A stretch of DNA of 64,000 nt, taken from Thainema sp. Its GTDB lineage: Bacteria > Cyanobacteriota > Cyanobacteriia > Phormidesmidales > Phormidesmidaceae. Below the pieces are notes generated by a model. That model saw nothing but the letters and a program-made list of their open reading frames with translations. It was not told where the DNA came from and did no database searches. Of this stretch, positions 42,553-51,915 are shown piece by piece (position 1 is the stretch's first letter; the number at the start of each line of letters is the position of its first letter). Location of the stretch: the NCBI GenBank assembly GCA_052168235.1, contig JBQLZK010000003.1:32001-96000 (forward strand), read 5' to 3'. The position numbers were made by a program, and so were the translations under genes.

Positions 42553-43536
42553 CTACCCTCCCACTCTCTCCCACAATTCCTCCGCCTCCAACCCATCCCA
42601 ATCATCCCCAAACCAATGCCCTACGCCAAAGCCAACCGCCAGATCTGGGGAGTTTAAATCCACAGCTAAGCTCAATGCCGCCTGTCTACCAATAACTGTT
42701 TCAAAAACGGTCGAAAATACCAAACGAATCGGATGCTGCTGACAGAACTGGTGCAGTTTCCGGGGTGAACCTGCGATCGCAGATTTAACCACAAAAATTC
42801 CTCGCCAGCCTTTCTGATAACAATCCTGTAACTGCGTCAGCGTCGCCACCGATTCATCTAGTGCCAGCGGCGTTTGATACTGCTCCGCCAGGGTTTGCAT
42901 GGATATAAATTGATCAACAGATAACGGTTGTTCTAGGAACTCGATAAGGTTGCGATCGCACCATTCCAACCATCGATGCGCGTCTTCTACAGTCAGTCCA
43001 CCATTGGCATCAAGCCGCAGTTTTGTATCGGGTGAAAAACGCTGAATTAACTCATTGAGCCACGCTTGTTCCATAACCCGATCCGCCACGCCGATTTTGA
43101 CTTTGAACGTGTGATAGCCCTGCTGATACAGCGATGAATAGGTAGTTAACGCCGCTTTTCCAGTGGGCAAAAGCCCACAGAATTCAAGCGAATTAGAGAA
43201 AAGAAAAGAATGAGTCAGAGGTGCAATTCTCTTTGAGGCAGCAGAATTAAACGCCGATTCAAAACCCATCTGAGTCGCAGGCAGCGTATCCGGAATCTGA
43301 TTAACACAATCAGGCGTCAGCGTCTGAGGCAGTTGCTCACAAAAGGCCAGCGCATCTGCAAGGGATTCGGAGCCAAACCACTCTAACGGCGCAATCTCAC
43401 CAAAACCGACTTCCCCTTGCTCATCCGTAACCTTGAGCAAAATTCCTTCCCGCGCTGTCCAAGCACCATGATGCGATCGCAAAGGCTGCCGAAATGAACG
43501 ACGATAGGGCAAATACTCAACCGCCACCTGACCCAT
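42553..43536 (-). CDS. menC: o-succinylbenzoate synthase
   Basis: GEIAPL, KVKIG, LRLDANG, EQP, ALDES enolase-superfamily motifs; men operon context. Confidence 0.92.
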   Translation of the reverse strand: MGQVAVEYLPYRRSFRQPLRSHHGAWTAREGILLKVTDEQGEVGFGEIAPLEWFGSESLADALAFCEQLPQTLTPDCVNQIPDTLPATQMGFESAFNSAASKRIAPLTHSFLFSNSLEFCGLLPTGKAALTTYSSLYQQGYHTFKVKIGVADRVMEQAWLNELIQRFSPDTKLRLDANGGLTVEDAHRWLEWCDRNLIEFLEQPLSVDQFISMQTLAEQYQTPLALDESVATLTQLQDCYQKGWRGIFVVKSAIAGSPRKLHQFCQQHPIRLVFSTVFETVIGRQAALSLAVDLNSPDLAVGFGVGHWFGDDWDGLEAEELWERVGG

Positions 43537-43600
43537 CTCAACCAAGCAATCACCATCAACCATCAACTATTACTATTAACCATTAACTACTCACCATCAC

Positions 43601-44563
43601 CTACCCCAAAACAAACCCCAAACACAATAAAACACCGCTAACAAAGTGAAAATGAATTGCATAAAATTTGCAGTTACTGACTCGCTCTGGCTGATCGTGG
43701 TTCTGTGACACATGGCGATAGAGCCGAACAGCTAGCGGAAAACTCAATACGGTAATCAGTGTCCAAACAGGAAATAAACCTGCCAAAACACAACCAATAA
43801 CGTAAACAAAAACACTGCCACAAATCCACGTTAAAAGTTCCGAGCCTCGTAACGTTCCCAAACGGACAATGGGTGATGTTTTTCCAGCTTGAATATCGTC
43901 TTCTACCTGATGGAAATGGGAGCAGAATAAGACTAAGCTTGTTGTGATTCCTAATGGGATTGATGCAGCTAAACTGTTCCAAGACCAAGATTGAGCTTGG
44001 CTATAGTAAACGGCTGCAAGCCCCACTGGGCCAAAGGCAAAGAAGCATAGAATTTCGCCTAATCCTTGATATCCCAAGCGAAACGGTGGCCCCTGATAGG
44101 CATAGCCCAAGAAGCAACACAGCAAAATCAAACCTAAAACAGTAAAGTCTTTCTGCCAAATTGAAATGCTAATAATCCCGGCAATACCTAACGCCAAAAG
44201 CAAATTACCGACAGCAAAAACAAGATTCTTTCTTTGCGTTAAATTCACCAGCGAGTGATGCTTATTCTGATCAATTCCAGTTTCAGAATCAAATACATCA
44301 TTACTAATATTTTCCCAGGCTAAGATTAGGATAGCCGCAATACAAAAAACACTAAAGATTGCCCCATTGAATAGGCCCGTTGTGTAGTAAGCAACTGCCG
44401 TTCCGAGACAAATCGGCATAATCGCTACACTATACATTGGCGGTTTGATGGCAGCCATCCAGAGCTTACGTCGAGAGGGCAGCGGCGCAACGTGAACGGA
44501 ATCATTTAGTACGTCATCGAATACGTCAGGTGCTGGAGTTGTCTTTAGGGATGGGTTGGTCAT
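43601..44563 (-). CDS. menA: DHNA phytyltransferase (phylloquinone synthesis)
   Basis: AAIKPPMYSVA, NDVFD, YQGPPFRLGY, HFHQVEDD. Confidence 0.93.
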   Translation of the reverse strand: MTNPSLKTTPAPDVFDDVLNDSVHVAPLPSRRKLWMAAIKPPMYSVAIMPICLGTAVAYYTTGLFNGAIFSVFCIAAILILAWENISNDVFDSETGIDQNKHHSLVNLTQRKNLVFAVGNLLLALGIAGIISISIWQKDFTVLGLILLCCFLGYAYQGPPFRLGYQGLGEILCFFAFGPVGLAAVYYSQAQSWSWNSLAASIPLGITTSLVLFCSHFHQVEDDIQAGKTSPIVRLGTLRGSELLTWICGSVFVYVIGCVLAGLFPVWTLITVLSFPLAVRLYRHVSQNHDQPERVSNCKFYAIHFHFVSGVLLCLGFVLG

Positions 44564-44699
44564 AGCAGGTGATTTGGACGGGTATAAAAGCTGATGGGCG
44601 GTGCCACCCTGCATTGGAAAGATGATTGTGGCGTTGATTCACTCAATCAGCATCTCCCGTTGCTTCCCATTTCATTGCGAATTTTCAAAAAAGTTTATA

Positions 44700-44782
44700 G
44701 GGGGTGGATGGGTAGGAGGGTGGATGGGTAGATGGGTAGGAGAGGATGAGGGTGTAAAGGGCTGTAGAGGCTGTAGAGGGAG
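44700..44782. repeat. GGATGGGT octamer and GGCTGTAGA nonamer tandem repeats
   Basis: Directly visible. The octamer also occurs inside menE and at 42523-42557. Confidence 0.8.
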
Positions 44783-44941
44783 TTGAAAAGACCAAGTTGT
44801 AAAACTTGTGGGGCTTGCAGGATGTAGGAGGAAGCGCGATAGGATTGCGGCAGAAGATAAGGATAATTGCACAGAATTACAGCGATCGCACTTTTTCAAA
44901 TCACATGAATCATTGCGATCGCACATTGAACGGTGAGATCT

Positions 44942-45748
44942 ATGAACATTGCAGACCTAATTCAGCAGTTTGAAGCTTGGGCCAATCCGGCTTGGCAGGA
45001 GGACTGGGATAACTGTGGCTGGCAGGTGCAGCCCGGCATCTTAGACCAGGAAGCGCGAGTGTTGGTGTGTCTGACGCCGACGCTGGCGGTCATGCAAGAT
45101 GCGATCGCACGTTGCCAGTCGGGAACGCCTGTGAACCTGATCTTTGCCCATCATCCACTGATTTTCAGTCCCGTTAAGTCGCTGCAACCGGGAAATCCCG
45201 TCGCCGACATGGTGGCGCTGGCCTACGAGCACCGGATCGGCGTATATACGGCTCATACCAACTTTGACCAGGTAGCAGACGGAACGGCGGACGTGCTGGC
45301 CCAGTTGTTGAACTTACAGGACTCGCAACCCGTAGTGCCGACTCAAGACGGCCTGGGTTACGGTCGCGTTGGCAACCTCTCTCCGGCCCTGTCGCTGGGC
45401 GAACTGCTCAGCCAAATTCAGCAAACGCTCAATCCGCCGGACTTAATCTACTCACCAGCCGCCGATCTGGATCAGCCCATCAATCGCTTAGCCGTCCTGG
45501 GCGGTTCAGGAGCCAGCTTTCTCTCCGCCGTCGCCAAAACCGGAGCGCAAGCCTATCTCACCTCCGACTGCAAGTTTCACCAATTTCAAGAAGCCCGCGA
45601 TCGCAACCTTATCCTCATCGATGCTGGACATTACGCTACCGAGCGACCAGCCTGTGCAAGATTAGTCAAACGTCTAGAAGCAATCGGTGTAAACTGGGCA
45701 CAGCTTAGCGATCAGGACGAAGATTTTCGCCAGTTTTTCCAATCATGA
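44942..45748 (+). CDS. Nif3-like dinuclear metal-centre protein
   Basis: WDNCG, HHPLIF, HTNFD, GGSG, DAGHYATE. Confidence 0.93.
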   Translation: MNIADLIQQFEAWANPAWQEDWDNCGWQVQPGILDQEARVLVCLTPTLAVMQDAIARCQSGTPVNLIFAHHPLIFSPVKSLQPGNPVADMVALAYEHRIGVYTAHTNFDQVADGTADVLAQLLNLQDSQPVVPTQDGLGYGRVGNLSPALSLGELLSQIQQTLNPPDLIYSPAADLDQPINRLAVLGGSGASFLSAVAKTGAQAYLTSDCKFHQFQEARDRNLILIDAGHYATERPACARLVKRLEAIGVNWAQLSDQDEDFRQFFQS

Positions 45749-46875
45749 CTGAATTGAACCCAACCCCGGCTGAAACCACCACGCTGCTCCAAACGCCGCT
45801 CCATCAAGAAGCTCAGAAGCTCAAAGCCCGGATGGTCGATTTTTCGGGTTGGGAAATGGCCGTCCAGTACAGCGGCATTCGCCAAGAGCATGAAGCGGTG
45901 CGGCAAAATGCAGGCGTGTTTGACATTTCCCATATGGGCAAATTCACCCTGGTCGGCAACAATCTGATCGAACATCTGCAAGCACTGGTGCCCACCGATT
46001 TAAGCAAGCTCAAACCCGGTCGCGCCCAGTACACCGTCCTGCTTAATGAAAACGCAGGCATCATCGACGACCTGATTATTTACTATCAAGCGACGGACGA
46101 CGAAAAGCGCGATCGCATTTTCCTGATCGTCAACGCTGCCACCACCACCAAAGACAAGTACTGGCTACTCGATCACCTGCCCCAAGGACAAGTCGCCTTC
46201 ACCGATCTCTCACGGGACAACGCCCTATTTGCCGTCCAGGGGCCAAAAGCGATTGAAAAGCTGCAAACCATCGCTGAAGCGGATTTATCCAAAGTCAAAC
46301 GCTTCGCCCACATCGAGACTCGGCTCGCAGGCTACGACGCCTTCATGGCCCGCACGGGCTACACAGGCGAAGACGGCTTCGAAATCATGGTAGACAACAG
46401 CGACGCCACGAAACTGTGGCGGATACTCCTCGATTTGGACATCACGCCTTGCGGCCTGGGCGCACGGGACACTCTCCGTCTCGAAGCCGCACTGGCGCTC
46501 TACGGTCAAGATATTGACGACACCACCACTCCCCTAGAAGCGGGTCTAGGCTGGCTCGTACACCTCGATCGCAAAGGCGATTTTATTGGACGCTCCGTTC
46601 TGGAAAAGCAGCAAGAAAACGGCGTGGAACGCTGCCTCGTTGGTCTACAAATGCAGGGCCGCAATATCGCCCGTCATAACTACTTCGTCCTACACGAGGG
46701 CACATCCGTCGGTATCGTCACCAGCGGCACCCTCGCACCCACAGTCGGTCAGCCAATCGCGCTGGCCTACGTCCCCACAGAACTCAGTAAGGTCGGCCAA
46801 GAGCTTGAGGTCGAAATTCGCGGTAAAACCTATCCTGCCAAGGTCGTGAAGCGCCCATTCTATCGAGCCGATTAG
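45745..46875 (+). CDS. gcvT: Glycine cleavage system aminomethyltransferase
   Basis: FDISHMG, GIIDD, RTGYTGEDGFE, GLGARDTLRLEA; ATGA overlap with the nif3 gene. Confidence 0.97.
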   Translation: MTELNPTPAETTTLLQTPLHQEAQKLKARMVDFSGWEMAVQYSGIRQEHEAVRQNAGVFDISHMGKFTLVGNNLIEHLQALVPTDLSKLKPGRAQYTVLLNENAGIIDDLIIYYQATDDEKRDRIFLIVNAATTTKDKYWLLDHLPQGQVAFTDLSRDNALFAVQGPKAIEKLQTIAEADLSKVKRFAHIETRLAGYDAFMARTGYTGEDGFEIMVDNSDATKLWRILLDLDITPCGLGARDTLRLEAALALYGQDIDDTTTPLEAGLGWLVHLDRKGDFIGRSVLEKQQENGVERCLVGLQMQGRNIARHNYFVLHEGTSVGIVTSGTLAPTVGQPIALAYVPTELSKVGQELEVEIRGKTYPAKVVKRPFYRAD

Positions 46876-46909
46876 ATAAAGTGCGATCGCACTTTGACCT
46901 CATTGATCC

Positions 46910-48058
46910 TTAAACTTTGATTGTCTCAAATCGCTTCATCAGCGCGGGGCGATTTTCATAGTTTGACTTCAAACGCTCAAACCGATCGCGAAACTCAGGT
47001 AATTTTCCCTGCTGCTCGGCCACATCGCGTAAATCGTGCAGCAATTGCGTCGCCTCATCATACGGCTTTGCCTGTTTCCGCTGCAGCAGTTCAACGATCT
47101 GATCCCAGGCTTGATCAGCTTTGGGCGCAAAATTTTCCAAATACTTCAGGCGCTTTTTGCGAGCCGCTTCTTGCTCCTTCTGACGCTTTTTCTCAGCCGC
47201 TGCTCGTTCTTTCTTCAGACGCTTATCTCTCAGCTCATCTGCGATCGCACATAGTTCAGATAGTCGTCGCGTACCAGCAGCCACCTGTGGTGCAGCTTGA
47301 TCAGCCCCTGCCAACTCCTTCAGCCGACGGATCAACTGTAAATCAACCCGTGGCTCCTGCCGAATGAGCTTAATTAAAAACTCCTGTCGCTCAGCTTCTG
47401 ACAGTTCAGGTAGCCAGTTTTCCAGCGGTGATTCTGCCCCCGATTTCTGTTTAGGACTCGCCTGAGCAGCAGTGGCAACCAGATCCGGATCGAGTTCGAC
47501 CAGTTCCATGAATGCTTTGAGCGGAGCAGAAAGCTGACCTAAATTGGGCGGCACAGGTGGCTCAACCGGATCATCCTCCAGCTCATAGCCAGCAAACTGA
47601 TCGATCACGCGCAGCCACGCCAAGTAGAGCAACCGCAGATCACCCTTCAGCAAATCGTCCCGCAGCGGGGCAATCTGTGAAAGCCATCCGTCACCCTCTG
47701 CCCAGCCACTCCAACCATCGTCGCTAATCTCAATATTGAGTACAATGTGCTGCTTGGTCTGGGTGCAGGTAATCGCATGGGTCAGACAATATGGCTCAAA
47801 CCACTCCAGATCTGCGATCGCAGATGGCAGTCGAAACATAAACTGCCACGAACCCCAGTTGGCAATGTAGAACATGATGTCGAAATATTTGGCCAAGATC
47901 TGTTCTGCATCGCCCGGAAAGTCACTGTAGTTATAGACAAAAACGGCTCGGCTAGAGCTGATCTGAACCCGACTAGACAGCTTCTGAATAACAGCTTGTT
48001 CTTGCGATGTCAGCGGACGATCAACAGCTAGAAACTCGTAATATTGGTATTCGCTCAT
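46910..48058 (-). CDS. Conserved hypothetical protein (MSEYQYYEF...DRPL family)
   Basis: 382 aa; aromatic N-terminal domain (YIANWG, GDLRLLYLAWL), coiled coil and helical C-terminus. Confidence 0.8.
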   Translation of the reverse strand: MSEYQYYEFLAVDRPLTSQEQAVIQKLSSRVQISSSRAVFVYNYSDFPGDAEQILAKYFDIMFYIANWGSWQFMFRLPSAIADLEWFEPYCLTHAITCTQTKQHIVLNIEISDDGWSGWAEGDGWLSQIAPLRDDLLKGDLRLLYLAWLRVIDQFAGYELEDDPVEPPVPPNLGQLSAPLKAFMELVELDPDLVATAAQASPKQKSGAESPLENWLPELSEAERQEFLIKLIRQEPRVDLQLIRRLKELAGADQAAPQVAAGTRRLSELCAIADELRDKRLKKERAAAEKKRQKEQEAARKKRLKYLENFAPKADQAWDQIVELLQRKQAKPYDEATQLLHDLRDVAEQQGKLPEFRDRFERLKSNYENRPALMKRFETIKV

Positions 48059-48337
48059 CGGTCTGACCAGTTGGGGCGGGCTACTAATGAGATTAACGGA
48101 TAATACCGTTCCTCGTTAATAGGAATACAGATTCGGGGCTGGTTGACTGACAAAACTCTTGCTCTCCCTGTTCTTTCGGAGGTTGGCTAGAGCGCCAGCG
48201 AAACCCAACAAAACCGGGATTGAGGAGCTTCATTGGTGCTGAGAAATATGTGCTTCATCGCCGATAGCCAATCGGTTAGACTACACTTGAACTGTAAAAA
48301 CACTTAAACTTCGATTGAATACCGCGAGAGTTTCATT

Positions 48338-48517
48338 ATGTTTCCACTGATTGGTATTTTGGCCCTGGGTGGCTATGGCTATGGTGCCTTTCGTTTCTGG
48401 AAAGGCTTCAATCGCACTAACTTCACCCAAAATCGCGCTGTACTGACCCTGCTGTGGCCCCTGTTTTTGACCAATAAAAACTATCGCCAAAATTTCAACA
48501 AAGCATTAAAGGGATAG
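48338..48517 (+). CDS. Small conserved cyanobacterial membrane protein (59 aa)
   Basis: Not in ORF track. MFPLIGILALGGYGYGAFRFWKGFNRTNFTQNRAVLTLLWPLFLTNKNYRQNFNKALKG; stops 3 nt before the next ATG. Confidence 0.8.
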   Translation: MFPLIGILALGGYGYGAFRFWKGFNRTNFTQNRAVLTLLWPLFLTNKNYRQNFNKALKG

Positions 48518-48520
48518 GGA

Positions 48521-49261
48521 ATGACCAATCGCCCCCAAAACAGTTGGTTCAATAGTTCCGCGTCTCAACATCTCGGTAGCCAAGCCGCGAACTGGCAAAA
48601 GCAAATTACTGCAATCGCACAGCGCTACAACAAAGAATATCAGCGGCAACCGTTCGATCTGCCCGCCGAAGTTGAAGCCATGCCCGTTTTTCACGAATGG
48701 GCCTCCGGAGCGCTAGCCGCCAAAAAATCAACCCCATTTTGGGAACTGGCGAAACCCAAGAAAAATCAGCACTGCCTGGATCTGGGCTGCGGCGTCAGCT
48801 TTCTGATTTATCCCTGGAACGAGTGGCAAGCCTACTTCCACGGTCAGGAAATCAGCAGCGTCGCGCAGGAAACCCTCAATTCCCGCAGCCCCCAGCTCAA
48901 CTCCAAGCTGTTCAAAGGTGCGCGTCTCGCTCCGGCTCATAAGCTGGAGTACGATGCAGATTATTTTGATCTTGCGATCGCAGTTGGCTTTAGCTGCTAC
49001 TACGACTTGGACTACTGGCAAACGGTACTAGAAGAAGTGCAGAAGGTTTTGAAACCCGGTGGCGCATTTGTATTTGACGTGCTGAACCCTGACATTCCCC
49101 TCGCCGAAAACTGGGCCATTCTAGAAACCTACCTCGGCGCAGAAGTCTTTCTCGAATCCATAGCCGACTGGAAAGCCTTAATTAAAAAATCTGGCGCAAA
49201 AGTTACCAAGCAGCGCGAAGGTGAGCTATTCCACGGTTTCTGCGTCAAGTGGCCAACCTAG
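48521..49261 (+). CDS. Class I SAM-dependent methyltransferase
   Basis: CLDLGCGVS, FDLAI, VLKPGG. Confidence 0.88.
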   Translation: MTNRPQNSWFNSSASQHLGSQAANWQKQITAIAQRYNKEYQRQPFDLPAEVEAMPVFHEWASGALAAKKSTPFWELAKPKKNQHCLDLGCGVSFLIYPWNEWQAYFHGQEISSVAQETLNSRSPQLNSKLFKGARLAPAHKLEYDADYFDLAIAVGFSCYYDLDYWQTVLEEVQKVLKPGGAFVFDVLNPDIPLAENWAILETYLGAEVFLESIADWKALIKKSGAKVTKQREGELFHGFCVKWPT

Positions 49262-49282
49262 ATCCGCTTCCCCAAACACCCC

Positions 49283-49578
49283 CTACCGTGTATACACATC
49301 TTGATCACTGCTTCTCAACCCCGAAATGATCCCCCCTTGCCCCCCTTAAAAAGGTAGGGCTGATTCTCTAGCAGAATAATAATTCTGTAACTCCCAATTT
49401 ATGGTTCTTTGCCAAAACGGGTTGAACGAGGAAATAGGACTTACGAGCATTTTCTTTTTTTAGAGAATCAGCCCTACCTTAAAAAGGGGGGAATTGACTC
49501 AAAGTTCCCCCTTTTTAAGGGGGATTTCGGGGGATTTCAGCGTTGAAACGGAGTCTAGGGACTTGTTATACACAGTAG
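49283..49578. mobile_element. MITE (CTACyGTGTATA TIRs) with CCCCC..GGGGG double-hairpin core
   Basis: CTACCGTGTATA...TATACACAGTAG; flanking duplication CCCAAACACCCC (49271-49282, 49579-49590). Confidence 0.8.
49354..49477. mobile_element. 124-bp MITE, copy 2
   Basis: Identical to 25948-26071; flanking CTTAAAAAG duplication. Confidence 0.92.
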
Positions 49579-49590
49579 CCCAAACACCCC

Positions 49591-49657
49591 GTAAGGGAGG
49601 GTTTAACCGTTGACTCTAAACTCCCAATCAACATTGGTGAACAAAACCCGCCCTTAC
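49591..49657 (+). repeat. GTAG-type REP (GGGCGGGTTT...AAACCCGCCC family)
   Basis: Related to 55973-56038 and 62326-62391. Confidence 0.7.
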
Positions 49658-49712
49658 AGATCTCACTCAAAACTAATCAATAAAACCCGCTCTACAACAG
49701 GGTTTATTTTTC

Positions 49713-50483
49713 GTGAAAAGCTCGAAACGAATTTGGTTAATTGGCGGCACTCAGGAAAGCGCTGAGATCGCACATGCCCTCATCCAGCATCAGATTCCCG
49801 CTCTCGTCACCGTCACCACCGAATCCGCCCGCCAGCTTTATCCCCAATCTTCAAGCTTAGATATTTGGGTTGGACGGTTAGCTGATGATGAAATGCCGCA
49901 GTTTATACAGAATCAGGGAATCAGCGCAATTGTAGACGCCTCTCACCCCTATGCCGTGGCAATTTCAAAATCTGCGATCGCAACCGCCCAAGCTCTCTCA
50001 ATTCCCTACCTGCGCTACGAACGACCTGCGATCGCAGCAGACCACCCCAGCCATCCAACATTTCCGTCAATAGAAGATTTAACAGCCAGCGATATCTTGT
50101 CCAATCAGCGGGTCTTGCTGACCATTGGCTACCGCTGGCTACCGCTATTCCAGCCGTGGCACGACCGAGCAACCCTGTTTGTACGGATCTTGCCGTCAAC
50201 CGTTGCCCTCAACGCCGCTTTAGCCGCTGGTTTCACCTCTGACCACATCATCGCCCTCCGTCCCCCTGTCACTCCTGCACTAGAACAAGCCCTATGGCAG
50301 CAGTGGCAAATCTCAATGGTCGTGACAAAAGCATCCGGCACGGCTGGAGGAGAAGACACTAAGCGCCAAGTTGCCGCGCAGCTTGGCATTTTGCTGGTGA
50401 CGATTGAGCGCCCTGCAATCACCTATCCCAATCAAACAAATGATATAGAACAGGCCATTCAATTCTGCATCAATCACCTGTAG
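49713..50483 (+). CDS. cobK: Cobalt-precorrin-6A reductase
   Basis: LIGGTQES, VDASHPYA, YLRYERP, VTKASG, IERP. Confidence 0.93.
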   Translation: MKSSKRIWLIGGTQESAEIAHALIQHQIPALVTVTTESARQLYPQSSSLDIWVGRLADDEMPQFIQNQGISAIVDASHPYAVAISKSAIATAQALSIPYLRYERPAIAADHPSHPTFPSIEDLTASDILSNQRVLLTIGYRWLPLFQPWHDRATLFVRILPSTVALNAALAAGFTSDHIIALRPPVTPALEQALWQQWQISMVVTKASGTAGGEDTKRQVAAQLGILLVTIERPAITYPNQTNDIEQAIQFCINHL

Positions 50484-50555
50484 GGGCGAATGGCATTCGC
50501 CCTGACCTCCAATCGCGTCGAGGGGCTTCGGGCATGGCTTCGCTAACGCCCCTAC
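50480..50555. repeat. Inverted pair of GTAG REPs between convergent genes
   Basis: GTAGGGGCGAATGGCATTCGCCC ... CGCCCCTAC. The GTAG supplies the cobK stop codon. Confidence 0.7.
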
Positions 50556-50824
50556 TAGAACGCCTGAATCCACTCTTTGACGAAATACTCTGTCCAGATA
50601 CCGTTTTGCCAATAGGGGTCACCCTCAACTAGCGATCGCACCTCAGCTTCGCTTGCCGCTTCATAAATGCCAAACACCATCGTCGTGTCTGCCGTTGGCC
50701 CCAGCGTGATCAGCTGACCCGCTTCTTTTTGCTTGGCCAATCCGGCCAGATGCGCTTCCCGATAGGGGGCTCGCTTTTCCAGCACGTTCTCGCAATAGCT
50801 GCCCCACATCACATACTTGGGCAT
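50555..50824 (-). CDS. YciI family protein
   Basis: RAPYREAHL, LGPT, DPYWQNGIW. Confidence 0.9.
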   Translation of the reverse strand: MPKYVMWGSYCENVLEKRAPYREAHLAGLAKQKEAGQLITLGPTADTTMVFGIYEAASEAEVRSLVEGDPYWQNGIWTEYFVKEWIQAF

Positions 50825-51408
50825 TTTTGTAATCCCTCTAACTACAACGATGAAGATTCTACCGAGGAATCTGCCCAACCATGCTACTTTCTGGCAAGAT
50901 CTAGCCTCCGTAATTCCATACTGTAGGTTAGCGTTTTCGATACGTCACCTTGTCTAGTACATCTGGCACACCTACGTAAAACTCCCGATAAACTAATGAA
51001 TATCTTTAAGATTGATGAACTGTCTCCGTAGATCTACGGCAAGGTTGAAGTGCAAAATCGGCTTGATTTCTGCTGCTTTTATGACATGTGACGTACCACA
51101 AACTAGCTTGCATAGGCAGCTTCACAGAATTGACATTTGTATTTTTTGAGTTAAAACAGGAATATCTACCTTTAGGGTAGTTATCGATACAGCATCTATC
51201 ACATACACTTAGATTTAATGTGAAGAGTTGTTGAAGTAAGTTGTGGTTTAGGAAAAGCTGCTTCAAAGCGCTTCACCTTTTTAAGATCCATCAGGGAAAG
51301 TTCGGGCCATATATTGTTGCCAAATCAAGCTGAGATAAAGCGTTGATTGGCTTACTTCACAAAGTTGAGTCCACTTTCAAACATACAGTGCTAAAGAGGT
51401 TATAGGCT

Positions 51409-51771
51409 GTGGGTGCTATGCAGGAAACGATTCTATTCCAAGAGAACTGCGACTATCTCGAATTTGGTAGCCGTGTTTCGCGCGCGTTCTCACCGAAGCA
51501 ACGATTTTTCAAATCTATTCCGCCGGAGCGGATTGGGTTGAACGGTGAATATGATCATCACGGATTGGCGAAGCGAGTCAAGTTAGAACTGACAGAAGCC
51601 TTTGATGCAGAGACAATCAATAGTTTAAGAATTACGCAAAGAGGTCGAATTGTCATTTTCACGGGCAAGGTCGCTAACCCGCATGTGCTGGCTAGGTTAG
51701 TTAAGTTTACGCTACGGGTCAATGGAGCAGAAGGGATTGAAACTCACGGTGTGAAGTTGCTGTCGGCGTAA
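51409..51771 (+). CDS. BON-like phospholipid-binding protein
   Basis: IPPERIGLNGEYDHHGLAKRV...QRGRIVIFTGKV...VNGAEGIE; AAGAGG upstream. Confidence 0.7.
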   Translation: MGAMQETILFQENCDYLEFGSRVSRAFSPKQRFFKSIPPERIGLNGEYDHHGLAKRVKLELTEAFDAETINSLRITQRGRIVIFTGKVANPHVLARLVKFTLRVNGAEGIETHGVKLLSA

Positions 51772-51915
51772 TTGTCCTGCATAGCTACCAAATTTCAAGT
51801 TGGTTTAGCGCGTATCTTGCGCACCTATAAAGCTGAAATCCAGATGAGGCATGTGTCGCTGTAGTACGGCGAAACGGTATAAAACATGCTTCTTCTGGCT
51901 TTTTTATTGGCAAAA

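Noticed and set aside
48103..48113. ATACCGTTCCT matching one half of the XRE operator
   Set aside because: A single half-site without the full inverted partner; plausible by chance.
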